From the NCBI GenBank assembly GCA_902560675.1, contig CACEMP010000003.1, positions 13,512-77,511 on the forward strand: a stretch of DNA of 64,000 bases. Reading direction: 5' to 3'. Positions 33,466-43,254 of this stretch are shown here, piece by piece (within the stretch, counting starts at the first letter, position 1; the number at the start of each line of letters is the position of its first letter). Position numbers and translations under genes: made by a program. The notes below the pieces were generated by a model, which was not told the origin of the DNA, ran no database searches, and saw only the letters and a list, made by a program, of their open reading frames with translations. This DNA is from an uncultured Alphaproteobacteria bacterium (GTDB lineage Bacteria > Pseudomonadota > Alphaproteobacteria > HIMB59 > GCA-002718135).

Positions 33466-34623
33466 ATGTTTTCTGAAAATTTAAATAAATTAAAGAAAAA
33501 AATGTCTGAGAATAATATTGATCTCTCAATTATAACTGATGATGACTCTATATATTATTTCACAGGATACCATGACTTCCTTCATATGGATTTTTATCGA
33601 CCAACACTTTTAGTCGTTTCAAATGATCATAAAACTTACTTAATTACACCTCTTCTTGATGTTTTATTAGTACCAGAAACTTGTCCTGTAGATTTGGTTG
33701 AAACATGGAATGATGGTATTGGAAATGAATGGAGAGAATTATTACCTCAAATCATCAATCAGCATAAAAATATTTTTATTGAAAAATTTAAAATAAATCC
33801 AATGGTTAAGAGTTACTTAGATGAATTACTTCAAGACCATCCTGGTGATATAACTAAATTAATAGATAATATAAGAATGATCAAATCTAATCATGAATTG
33901 AATATAGCTCGTCATGCTGGTGAAGTTGGTATGGCTATGATGGAGGCAGCTAAAAAAACAATTGACCATAATGTTCCTGAGTATGAGGTCGCACTTGCGC
34001 AATCACAAGCCGGAACAAGAAAAGCTGCAGAGCTTTTAAAAAAATTTTATCCTGATAATATTAATATGTCTCCAAATATTCACTTTTTACCAGTTATGAC
34101 ATCAGGTCATGATTTACCTAAAACTCACCATCGCGCTTCAACCAAAATTATTAAAAAAGGTGATCCCGTATTTGTATGTTATTGTGGTTCTACAAATTTT
34201 CATAGGTTTAAGTTAGGTTTTGACAGAATATTTTGGGTAGAAGAAATTCAATCTAATGAACAAATAAAAGCTTTTGAGGCTGCAGTTAAATCTCAAAAAG
34301 CTGCTCTTGAAATTCTTGGCCCAGGAGTTACGGCTGAAGAAGTTCATGCTGCTTATGCAGATACTATACAGTCTGAAGGATACCCGTATCCTACTTTTCG
34401 ATGTGGCAGAGGTACGGGCTTTAGTTTTTTAGAGGAGCCACAATTAGTAGTTGGTAATAAAACAGTACTCGAGCCTGGAATGGTATTTGCCGTTGATGGA
34501 GGAGCAAGTGCAAATAAATTTAGATCACAGGTTGGTGATAGTTTTATTATTACAAAAGATGGATACGAACAAATTACACATCATTCTAAAAATATTGATG
34601 ATCTAATAATTCAACATGGATGA
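33466..34623 (+). CDS. M24 pita-bread hydrolase (creatinase/EutD-like, metal ligands degenerate)
   Basis: Creatinase_N-like N-terminus (SIYYFTG), RMIKS..E, GD.V, L.PG.TAEEV, LEPGMVF. Confidence 0.78.
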   Translation: MFSENLNKLKKKMSENNIDLSIITDDDSIYYFTGYHDFLHMDFYRPTLLVVSNDHKTYLITPLLDVLLVPETCPVDLVETWNDGIGNEWRELLPQIINQHKNIFIEKFKINPMVKSYLDELLQDHPGDITKLIDNIRMIKSNHELNIARHAGEVGMAMMEAAKKTIDHNVPEYEVALAQSQAGTRKAAELLKKFYPDNINMSPNIHFLPVMTSGHDLPKTHHRASTKIIKKGDPVFVCYCGSTNFHRFKLGFDRIFWVEEIQSNEQIKAFEAAVKSQKAALEILGPGVTAEEVHAAYADTIQSEGYPYPTFRCGRGTGFSFLEEPQLVVGNKTVLEPGMVFAVDGGASANKFRSQVGDSFIITKDGYEQITHHSKNIDDLIIQHG

Positions 34624-35641
34624 AATAACAGTATTTAATACACATTGTTGTGGTGAAATTGGGGATGTCGTAATTGGATTCAAAGGTTTAAAGTTCAATT
34701 CACCTGAAGAAGCTTCTAAAAAACTTTTTTTAGATAAAAAATGGAGAAATTTTTTTTTAAATGAACCTCGGGGAGGAGTCTTTAAACATTGTAATATTAT
34801 TTTAGAGCCTTCAAATAAAAATGCAGATGCTGGATTTGTCATTATGGAACCAGAAGATAATCCTCCAATGAGTGGATCAAATACAATTTGTGTAACAACA
34901 GTCTTATTAGAAAAAAATATTGTTCAAATGAAATATCCTAAAACAATGCTTACACTTGAAGCTCCCGGTGGTTTAATAAAAGTTGTTGCTGATTGTGAAA
35001 ATAAGAAAGTTAAAAGTGTAACTTTTACTAATCTTGCCTGCTTTGCAGATAAGATAGATGTAGATTTAAAGACTAAAAATTATGGTACAATTAAAGTAAG
35101 TACTGCTTTTGGTGGTGATAGTTTTTTGATTTGTAATGCTAGTGATTTTAATCTTAAAATTGAACCACAAAATGCAATTAAATTTGTAAATGTTGCCAAA
35201 GAATTATTAAAAGAAGCAAATGCATCAATTGGATTTGAACATCCTACAATTAAAGAATTAAACTATCTTTCCTTTTGTCAATTTATTGAACCTTTGCAAA
35301 AAAATAATCGATCATTACTAACAGGGTTAAATACTGTTGTTATACGACCAGGGAAACTTGATCGTTCACCTTGCGGTACAGGCACTTCAGCAAGATTAGC
35401 AGTAATGAAAGAAAAAAATGAAATACAACTAAATGAAGAATTTATATCAAAGTCTATTATAGGATCATCATTTAAAGCTAGTATTGAAAAGGAAATTCAA
35501 ATAAATAACAAAAATTGTATTATTCCAAAAATAACTGGTACTGCATTTATCACTGGAAAACAAAGTTTATATTTCGATAAGGATGATCCTTTTCCGGAAG
35601 GTTATAGATTAAATGACACATGGCCAGATTCATCAACTTAA
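34616..35641 (+). CDS. Proline racemase superfamily enzyme (Ser/Cys dyad)
   Basis: H..GE, L.EPRG, MSGSN, EAPGG, DRSPCGTGTSAR, DPFPEG. Confidence 0.88.
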   Translation: MDEITVFNTHCCGEIGDVVIGFKGLKFNSPEEASKKLFLDKKWRNFFLNEPRGGVFKHCNIILEPSNKNADAGFVIMEPEDNPPMSGSNTICVTTVLLEKNIVQMKYPKTMLTLEAPGGLIKVVADCENKKVKSVTFTNLACFADKIDVDLKTKNYGTIKVSTAFGGDSFLICNASDFNLKIEPQNAIKFVNVAKELLKEANASIGFEHPTIKELNYLSFCQFIEPLQKNNRSLLTGLNTVVIRPGKLDRSPCGTGTSARLAVMKEKNEIQLNEEFISKSIIGSSFKASIEKEIQINNKNCIIPKITGTAFITGKQSLYFDKDDPFPEGYRLNDTWPDSST

Positions 35642-35717
35642 CTGTGATTAAATAACACTAGCTTGGTAAATTAATTTATTTTACTTTAATCAATTATTCT
35701 AATAATTAATAAAACAA

Positions 35718-36983
35718 ATGACAAAATTTGATGCCTGGAATGTAATTAAAAACGGTTTAAATGGTCAGTCTTATTGGACTAGACAATGGCGTGATCCAGA
35801 ACCAAAAAATAGTTATGATGTTGTAATAATCGGGGGAGGTTTACATGGTCTTGCCACAGCATATTATCTAGCAAAGAATCATAATATAAAAAATGTAGCT
35901 GTCTTAGAAAAAGGCTGGATAGGTGGCGGAAACGCTGGACGTAATACAACCATTGTAAGATCAAATTATATGATGCCAGGTAATCACGAATTCTATGAAC
36001 ATTCTTTAAAGTTATGGGAAAATTTAAGTCATGAATTAAATTACAATGTAATGTTTAGCCAACGAGCTCATGTGTCATTATTTCATAGTCCTAGTGCTAA
36101 AGATTCAGTTTCAAGGATTTATAATATTATGAGGCTGCATGGAACTGATGCAGAACTTTGGGATTTAAAAACTTTAAAGAAAAAAATCCCGCATTTAAAT
36201 TATCATAATTCTAGATTCCCAATACTTGGAGCTGCAGTCCAGAAAAGAGCAGGTAATGCAAGACATGATGCAGTTGCATGGGGTTATGCAAGAGCTGCAG
36301 ATACATTAGGTGTAGATATTCTTCAAAATTGTGAAGTTACAGGCTTTACAAGAAAAAATGGAAAAATTGAAAGTATTCAAACTTCAAGAGGAATTTTAAA
36401 AGCAAAGAAAATAGGATTTGCTGTTGCTGGGAATACTTCAGTATTATGGCAAATGACAGAATTAGGCAACTTACCAATTGAGTCCCATAAATTACAAGCT
36501 TTTGTGTCTGAAGCAGTTAAACCGCTTTTAGATCAGGTTGTTGTATACGGTGTGGGCGGTGCACATTTCTATATATCTCAGTCTGATAAAGGAAGCATGG
36601 TGTTTGGCGGTGATCTTGATTGGTATAAATCATATGCACAAAGAGGAAATCTTCCTATGGTTCAAGATGTTGCTGAAGCGGCCATGGCAATATTTCCTTC
36701 ACTTGGCAGAATAAGATTACTTCGTCATTGGGCAGGTGTTATGGATATGACAATGGACGGATCTTTTTTTATTTGTAAAACACCGATATCTAATCTCTAT
36801 TTAAATGCTGGCTGGAATTATGGAGGTTTCAAAGCGAGTCCAGCATCAGGCTGGTATTTTGCTGACTTAATTGCAAATGAGAGTCCACATAACTATGTTC
36901 AAAATCATAATTTAGAAAGATTTGAAAAAGGGATCAACATAGATGAACGTGGTGCAGGACCTGATCCAAAATTGCACGGTTAA
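35718..36983 (+). CDS. soxB: Heterotetrameric sarcosine oxidase family, beta subunit
   Basis: GGGLHGLATAYYLA, GGGNAGRNTT.VRSNY, ARHDAVAWGYARAA, LQAFVSE. Confidence 0.93.
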   Translation: MTKFDAWNVIKNGLNGQSYWTRQWRDPEPKNSYDVVIIGGGLHGLATAYYLAKNHNIKNVAVLEKGWIGGGNAGRNTTIVRSNYMMPGNHEFYEHSLKLWENLSHELNYNVMFSQRAHVSLFHSPSAKDSVSRIYNIMRLHGTDAELWDLKTLKKKIPHLNYHNSRFPILGAAVQKRAGNARHDAVAWGYARAADTLGVDILQNCEVTGFTRKNGKIESIQTSRGILKAKKIGFAVAGNTSVLWQMTELGNLPIESHKLQAFVSEAVKPLLDQVVVYGVGGAHFYISQSDKGSMVFGGDLDWYKSYAQRGNLPMVQDVAEAAMAIFPSLGRIRLLRHWAGVMDMTMDGSFFICKTPISNLYLNAGWNYGGFKASPASGWYFADLIANESPHNYVQNHNLERFEKGINIDERGAGPDPKLHG

Positions 36984-37268
36984 ATGATTAGAATCAATTG
37001 TCCTTATTGTGGTGAAAGAGATCATAGTGAATTTAGTTATGGAGGAGATGCAACAATAAATTATCCTTCGTTAGATGCCTCTGAGAAAGAATGGACTGAG
37101 GCTATATTTTTTAGAAAAAATATAAAAGGTTTTCAATTTGAAACATGGCATCATTCTAATGGATGTAGAATGTGGTTAGTAGTTGAACGTTCTACAGTCA
37201 CACATGAAATAAAAAGTGTGAAACCATGTCATCCAGACTTACAGAAGGTTGTAGAAAATAATAAATGA
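36984..37268 (+). CDS. soxD: Sarcosine oxidase family, delta subunit
   Basis: CPYCGER..EF.YGG, W.H..GCR.W zinc ligands. Confidence 0.92.
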   Translation: MIRINCPYCGERDHSEFSYGGDATINYPSLDASEKEWTEAIFFRKNIKGFQFETWHHSNGCRMWLVVERSTVTHEIKSVKPCHPDLQKVVENNK

Positions 37269-40222
37269 TAACTAGAAGATTAGATAATTATGGCAAAATT
37301 AATAGAGATAAAATTTTATCCTTTAGATGGGATAAAAAGATTTATAAAGGTTTTGAAGGAGATACACTAGCATCAGCATTACTTGCAAATAATATTGGTA
37401 TAGTTGGTAGAAGTTTTAAATATCATAGACCAAGAGGAATATTTTCTAGTGGAGTTGAGGAATCTGGAGGTTTAGTTACTATTGGTTCAAAAGATAGAAG
37501 AGATCCAAATGTAAGAGCAACAACACAAGAATTATATAATGGTTTGGAAGCAAGTGGTCAAAATGCATTTCCAAATGTAAATTTTGATCTAGCTGGAATA
37601 AATAATTTCTTAGGTAGGTTTTTTGCAGCTGGTTTTTATTATAAAACTTTTATGGGAATACCTCCATTTGAATGGGGTAAAGGAACAGCCATATGGATGT
37701 TTTTCGAAAAGTTTATTAGAAAAGCAGCGGGAATGGGAAGTGCTTCTGGATTACCTGATCCAGATTCTTATGAACATGCTCATGATTTTTGTGATTTAAT
37801 GGTTGTAGGATCAGGACCTTCCGGTGTTGCAGCAGCAATTGAGGCAGCAGAAAAAAAATTAGATGTTATTTTAGTTGAGCAAGATAGTCTTATTGGAGGA
37901 GATCAACTTGCAGAAAATAATTTTGATAATTCACAGATTAAAAAACAACTTGAAAATCTAGGAATAAAAATAATGACTAGAACCACTGCGTTCGGACTAT
38001 ATGATAATTGTGTTGTTGGTTTATTAGAGAGAGTAACAGATCATATTGCAGCACCAGATGTAAACATTCCACGTCAAAGATTTTGGACCATTAGAGCAAA
38101 GCATATAATTGTTGGAGCTGGAGCAATTGAAAGACATATTGCTTTTAATAACAATGATATTCCTGGTGTAATGACCGTTAATGCATCAAAGCATTATTTG
38201 AATAGATATGGTGTACTAACAGGAAAAAAAATTGTGATAGCTACAAATAATGATTCCGTTTATGAAACAGCACAACAATTATCAGAAGCTGGAGCAAATG
38301 TAACTGTTATTGATTCACGAACTAATTTTAAAATTGAGACAAATAAAAATTATGAAATTAGAAAAGGTTATGTGCCTTATAATATTAATGGTTCAAAAAA
38401 AATTAATAGTTTAGATATATCAAAAAGTGAAAATATAAATAAATCTGAAACTATAAATTGTGATCAGGTTCTATTGTCAGGTGGCTGGTCGCCTGCTGTA
38501 CATTTGTTATCTCACAGGGGAGTAAGACCTAAATGGGATTATCACAATGCTTGTTTTTTACCGAGTGACACAAAAGAAAATATTACAATGATAGGTTCTT
38601 CTAGAGGTTTATGGAATAAGAATGATTGTATTGCTTCTGGGATAGCAGGAACTACTGACGCATTGAACAGATTAGGTATTTCTAAAACAAATTATTTTTT
38701 TCCAAAACCTGGTGGATGGAAAAATCCCATTCAACCACTTTATGAAGTAAAATATAAAAAATCTAGATCAAAAAGTTTTGTAGATTATCAACATGATGTA
38801 ACTTCAGACGATGTAAGACTTGCACATCGTGAAGGTTTCATTTCGGTAGAGCATCTTAAAAGATACACAACTTTAGGTATGGCTAACGATCAAGGAAAAA
38901 TGGGAAATATCATTGGATTATCTTTAATGGCTGAACTTTTAAATAAAGAAATTCCAGAAGTTGGAACTACGGTTTTCAGACCTCCTTATACTCCTGTATC
39001 TATAGGTGCGTTAAGTGGAAGAAATGTTGGAAAACATTTTAGGCCGTTAAGAGTAACACCAATGCATCAATGGCATATTGATCATGGTGCAAAAATGATT
39101 GAAGTTGGATTATATCAAAGACCTTGGTATTATCCCAAGGAAAATGAAACTTTAAGTGACTCCTATATAAGAGAAGCAACAACAGTAAGAAAAACAGTTG
39201 GTATTTGTGATGTAACCTCATTAGGTAAAATTTCTATTCAAGGACCAGACTCTAACGAATTTTTAAATAGAATTTATTCAAATGGTTTTTCAAAATTACA
39301 AGTTGGAAAAGCCAGATACGGTATTATGTTGCGTGATGATGGTATTGTAATGGATGATGGCACATCTTGGAGATTAGCAGAAAATGAATATTTTATGACT
39401 ACATCTACAGGTGAGGCTGCAAAAGTTATGTCATGGTTAGAAGAATTACTTCAAACTAGATGGACAGATCTTAAAGTTAATGTGACTAGTGTTTCTGAAC
39501 AATGGGCAGGCGTATCAGTTGCAGGGCCTAAATCTAGAGAAGTTCTTAATAATTGTGTCGATGATTCTTTGGTTATAACTAATAATAACTTACCTTTTAT
39601 GGGTATTGCCTCAACTTTTCTTAAAGGTAATATTCCTTGTAGAATTGCAAGAATTAGTTTCTCAGGTGAATTAGCTTTTGAAGTTTATGTTAAATCAGAT
39701 TTTGCCAATACGATGATGGACCTACTTTGGAAAAATACAAAAAAGTATAATGGTTGTCTATATGGATTAGAAGCTTTGGGCGCACTTAGAGTTGAAAAAG
39801 GTCATGTAACAGCCGCAGAGCTTGATGGAAGGGTAACAATTGATGATGCAGGTTTAAGCAAAATGGCTTCTATGAAAAAATCATATATTGGAAGTGCAAT
39901 GAGAAAACGTGGAGTATTGAAAAATAATGATCGAGAAATTCTAGTGGGTTTCTTTCCTACAAACTTAAAGGAAACTTTTAACGCTGGAACTATTGTGTGT
40001 GAAAAAAATAATATTAAAGGACAGGGTATCGGAAGAATTACCTCAGTCACTTATTCTCCAGAACTTCGACATTGGATTGGATTAGGTTTTGTAAAAGGTG
40101 GTTTAGATAAATGGAAAGATACCACTTTAGTTGGGGCAGATCCTGTAAGAAACAAACAAATGAATTTAAGAGTTGTTTCACCACATATGATTGATCCCAA
40201 AGGAGAGCGAATGTATGCATAG
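37265..40222 (+). CDS. soxA: Sarcosine oxidase family, alpha subunit
   Basis: GDTLASALLAN, RSFKYHRPRG, EHLKRYTTLGM..DQGK, RPPY, GcvT-like C-terminus (RISFSGELAFE, LRVEKG). Confidence 0.94.
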   Translation: MITRRLDNYGKINRDKILSFRWDKKIYKGFEGDTLASALLANNIGIVGRSFKYHRPRGIFSSGVEESGGLVTIGSKDRRDPNVRATTQELYNGLEASGQNAFPNVNFDLAGINNFLGRFFAAGFYYKTFMGIPPFEWGKGTAIWMFFEKFIRKAAGMGSASGLPDPDSYEHAHDFCDLMVVGSGPSGVAAAIEAAEKKLDVILVEQDSLIGGDQLAENNFDNSQIKKQLENLGIKIMTRTTAFGLYDNCVVGLLERVTDHIAAPDVNIPRQRFWTIRAKHIIVGAGAIERHIAFNNNDIPGVMTVNASKHYLNRYGVLTGKKIVIATNNDSVYETAQQLSEAGANVTVIDSRTNFKIETNKNYEIRKGYVPYNINGSKKINSLDISKSENINKSETINCDQVLLSGGWSPAVHLLSHRGVRPKWDYHNACFLPSDTKENITMIGSSRGLWNKNDCIASGIAGTTDALNRLGISKTNYFFPKPGGWKNPIQPLYEVKYKKSRSKSFVDYQHDVTSDDVRLAHREGFISVEHLKRYTTLGMANDQGKMGNIIGLSLMAELLNKEIPEVGTTVFRPPYTPVSIGALSGRNVGKHFRPLRVTPMHQWHIDHGAKMIEVGLYQRPWYYPKENETLSDSYIREATTVRKTVGICDVTSLGKISIQGPDSNEFLNRIYSNGFSKLQVGKARYGIMLRDDGIVMDDGTSWRLAENEYFMTTSTGEAAKVMSWLEELLQTRWTDLKVNVTSVSEQWAGVSVAGPKSREVLNNCVDDSLVITNNNLPFMGIASTFLKGNIPCRIARISFSGELAFEVYVKSDFANTMMDLLWKNTKKYNGCLYGLEALGALRVEKGHVTAAELDGRVTIDDAGLSKMASMKKSYIGSAMRKRGVLKNNDREILVGFFPTNLKETFNAGTIVCEKNNIKGQGIGRITSVTYSPELRHWIGLGFVKGGLDKWKDTTLVGADPVRNKQMNLRVVSPHMIDPKGERMYA

Positions 40223-40778
40223 ACATTCTGCGCTAGAAACACTTTATAAAGTTGGAAAATTTTCAACAAACGAGAAACAATTTTTAACATTTAAAGAATT
40301 AAAAAGTTTAGAAATTCTACAAATTGCTTGTTGGCCTGACAAAATTGATGAATTAAATAATTTATTAACAAAAAAATTGTCTATTAAAAATATTCCCTTT
40401 TTTAATAAAGGGATTGTTTTTGAAAATAAATCATTATGGAGAATGGAACCCTTGAAATGGTGGTTATTTAATAAAGAAATCGAAGTAAGTGAGCAAATTG
40501 CAACAATTTTAGATATGTCTCATGCTTTCACAGGTATTGAAATTAAAGGAGATAATTCATCATTATTTTTAAATAGACATCTTCCAGTTGATTTAAGAGC
40601 TAAGAATTTTCCAGATCTATCGTCTGCTAGCACAGCCATTCATCATGTTAGTGTTAAATTATTTAAAATATCCTCCAATAATTACCATCTATATATACCA
40701 AGAGGTTTTGCCTTATCAATTTGGGAGATCCTTCTTGAAACAGCAAATCAGTTTGGATACGAAGTATTAGAGAGATAG
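40215..40778 (+). CDS. soxG: Sarcosine oxidase family, gamma subunit
   Basis: Follows soxA; D.SHA, PVDL...F, PRGFA..W; ATG 40215 after SD GGAG. Confidence 0.8.
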   Translation: MHRHSALETLYKVGKFSTNEKQFLTFKELKSLEILQIACWPDKIDELNNLLTKKLSIKNIPFFNKGIVFENKSLWRMEPLKWWLFNKEIEVSEQIATILDMSHAFTGIEIKGDNSSLFLNRHLPVDLRAKNFPDLSSASTAIHHVSVKLFKISSNNYHLYIPRGFALSIWEILLETANQFGYEVLER

Positions 40779-40852
40779 ATAGATTATCTTAGGGTAATGG
40801 AAACTGGTTATAAACTAATTACTAATATATTTAGCGATTTGCTTATAGTAAA

Positions 40853-41533
40853 TTAATCATTTGCATCACCACCTCCGGCACCTTTTGCTCTAGACTCCTC
40901 TGACTCAGGAACAAAAGTTCTAAAAGCTATTTTAGATATTTGATCCCAAGATTTCTTATCAGGATTAATACCCTTAGAGAGCAAATTATTTATATTTGAT
41001 GATGAAATATTAATATCTAACTTTTGTTCCTTTAAAATATTCTTTGTGAGTAGAAGATCAAAATTTCTTTGATAATTTGTAGAGATAATATCACTATTAA
41101 CTCTAATATTTTTATTTGTTATTTGTCCATAAATTTTTTGATCTAACAAAAACTGTGAATTGATATTTTTTTTGGCATACTTGTAAAGTAAGGGTATTAA
41201 GAATATAGGGTCACTACAATTTTTTAAAGTTAATTTAACATTATCCCTTTTATCTATTTTTGATATTAAATAATCGATTAATCCTGGGCCTATCACCAAA
41301 AAAGATTTATTTTTACAATCAAACTCATCATTTATTTTTGTTGGATCTATACTGGCATTAAAGGTGTTATCTAATTCTTCAATCTTAAATGTTAATAATT
41401 TGATTCCATCAAAACCAAATACTTCGAGCCAAGTTGTAATAAATGCAGCATCTTCATCTGATCCATAGGTGAACCCTAATCCTGAAAAAGCTCGTTGTGT
41501 ATTAGTGAATACTTCATAGTAAGAATAACTCAC
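40853..41533 (-). CDS. DUF3726-like hypothetical protein
   Basis: N-terminal S..E....RA..G.G...G...DAA and C-terminal ESRAKGAGGGDAND pattern (family recalled, not searched); likely GTG start at 41533. Confidence 0.6.
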   Translation of the reverse strand: MSYSYYEVFTNTQRAFSGLGFTYGSDEDAAFITTWLEVFGFDGIKLLTFKIEELDNTFNASIDPTKINDEFDCKNKSFLVIGPGLIDYLISKIDKRDNVKLTLKNCSDPIFLIPLLYKYAKKNINSQFLLDQKIYGQITNKNIRVNSDIISTNYQRNFDLLLTKNILKEQKLDINISSSNINNLLSKGINPDKKSWDQISKIAFRTFVPESEESRAKGAGGGDAND

Positions 41534-41538
41534 AGATA

Positions 41539-43200
41539 TTAATATGAACTCATTGTTGCAAAACCCCATTCATCAACATTTTTATTATTTAGGTCTGATA
41601 AATAAGGTGCGCCAGAAAAAAAACTTACTCTTAACCATCTGTCTGACTTAGGATCATAACGATTGGCACCAAAAAAGGATAATTTAAATCTTAACATATC
41701 AATTGGTATTGTTTTTCTATCAAGAACATTATCTTGAACTTCCGAGTAAGGGTAATTTTTTAAAGATTGAATTCTCTTAACAATTCCTCTGTATTTAGGG
41801 TGCACTAATAAAAATTCACAAATTAATTGATTTTCATCTATATTTTTTATTTGCTTAAATAAGTCACTGACCATTTTTGCAATTCCTAAATTTTGCTCCA
41901 ATTCACTTCCTTGTTCATTATATCTTTCACCAAGTCTAGGTTCTAACTTTGCTGCTGAAACATACCAAAATAAATAATTGCTATCTTTGTTATTAAAATC
42001 AATATCTTTTATCCAAGCATATTTATCATTAATTATTTTTTTTAAATCTCCAATAGATTGATTTCCATCAATTTCCATTATCTCCTCATCTCCCATGTCT
42101 TCTGCTAATTCTTCTGATATATGAGGATACAATTCAATTAGTTGTACTCTCGCAATTTCTTGAGTATCATTATTAAAATTTGAATCACAATAATTTAAAA
42201 TATCTAACCATTTAAATTTTTGAGAAAGATCCAAGTCATTAATGTAAAAAATATATTTTCTTAAATCTTCAATAGTTAATTTATTTTTATTTATTTGGAA
42301 TTGATCATTTGTATTAACTTCTTCAAGATAATTAAGAGCTTTATTCAAAAGTTTTTTATATTTTTCGAAAACTATATTATTTAAATTAATTTCAACAATT
42401 TCTTGTAATGTCTTTGTGTACTGACTCATCCATTTATTAATTAACTTTGGGTGTTTAATTATAAATGGAGCCATCCCTAAACCAGTAGAATTACCGATAC
42501 CTAAATGCTGTTTAATCTTCCTTTCTAATTTAACTGCTCTATTTGGGTTAATTTGCTTCGCAACATGCTCGACTAATTCAACACTAAATTCTCTTATTAA
42601 ATAAACAGATAACATTTCAGCTCTAAATGGTTGATCAAACACTGTTTCATTTTTTGTATTGCTAAAATCTGATAAACCAAATTTACCACTTCCATATACA
42701 GCTGTTGTTCTTAATAAATAACCTACTTTATTTATTTCATTAATATCCGGTTGACTACCTTCCGAAAGACAATCAACAACGTATTGAAATAACCTAACAC
42801 TTTTATTAGCTCTGCTTAATATTAATTCATTTGGTGAATTTCTTCCTGACTCTTGAAGAGGAATTGTATCTTTTAATCTTTTGAGTTCTTTATCAGTTAA
42901 TTTTCCAACATGCAGTGTATATGCTGTGTCCCACTTACTCGCAATTACGCGGTCACTTCTATCTTCATCATCAAGAAAAGCTGAAAAACATACTAGTGAA
43001 TAGGTGTCATCATTGATTATGATTTCATAAACAACAGTACCATAACCGTTCTTATCTAAGTCAAATTTAGATTTTTTTATTTTCCATTTATCATTTAATA
43101 AACGTCTTAGCATGCTTCTAGAAAAACTAAGTCTTGAAGGATAACGAGATCCCATACTAGCTAATCTCATGTAGTTATTTTCTTTAACTTTTTGAAGCAT
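41539..43200 (-). CDS. Conserved-looking hypothetical protein, 553 aa
   Basis: Long intact ORF with motif-like blocks RSDRVIA..WD, LSRANKSVRLF, GYLLRTTAVYGSGKFG, GIGNSTGLGMAPF, FWYVS..KLEPRLGER, KLSFFGA. Confidence 0.75.
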   Translation of the reverse strand: MLQKVKENNYMRLASMGSRYPSRLSFSRSMLRRLLNDKWKIKKSKFDLDKNGYGTVVYEIIINDDTYSLVCFSAFLDDEDRSDRVIASKWDTAYTLHVGKLTDKELKRLKDTIPLQESGRNSPNELILSRANKSVRLFQYVVDCLSEGSQPDINEINKVGYLLRTTAVYGSGKFGLSDFSNTKNETVFDQPFRAEMLSVYLIREFSVELVEHVAKQINPNRAVKLERKIKQHLGIGNSTGLGMAPFIIKHPKLINKWMSQYTKTLQEIVEINLNNIVFEKYKKLLNKALNYLEEVNTNDQFQINKNKLTIEDLRKYIFYINDLDLSQKFKWLDILNYCDSNFNNDTQEIARVQLIELYPHISEELAEDMGDEEIMEIDGNQSIGDLKKIINDKYAWIKDIDFNNKDSNYLFWYVSAAKLEPRLGERYNEQGSELEQNLGIAKMVSDLFKQIKNIDENQLICEFLLVHPKYRGIVKRIQSLKNYPYSEVQDNVLDRKTIPIDMLRFKLSFFGANRYDPKSDRWLRVSFFSGAPYLSDLNNKNVDEWGFATMSSY

Positions 43201-43254
43201 TTATTAAATATCTATAGTTAATTTTATTTTTTTCATTAATAGATGTAATAATCT

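Noticed and set aside
33466-34623. Assigning the symbol eutD/doeA or creatinase
   Set aside because: Diagnostic motifs of either enzyme are not visible
35642-35717. Glycine riboswitch or structured RNA before soxB (TGATTAAA...TTTAATCA; AATTATT-CT-AATAATT)
   Set aside because: Too short, no aptamer consensus, and AT-rich inverted repeats are expected by chance
40779-40852. Possible sRNA or bidirectional terminator between soxG and the DUF3726-like gene
   Set aside because: Only a weak AT-rich stem (TTACTA/TAGTAA); not supportable
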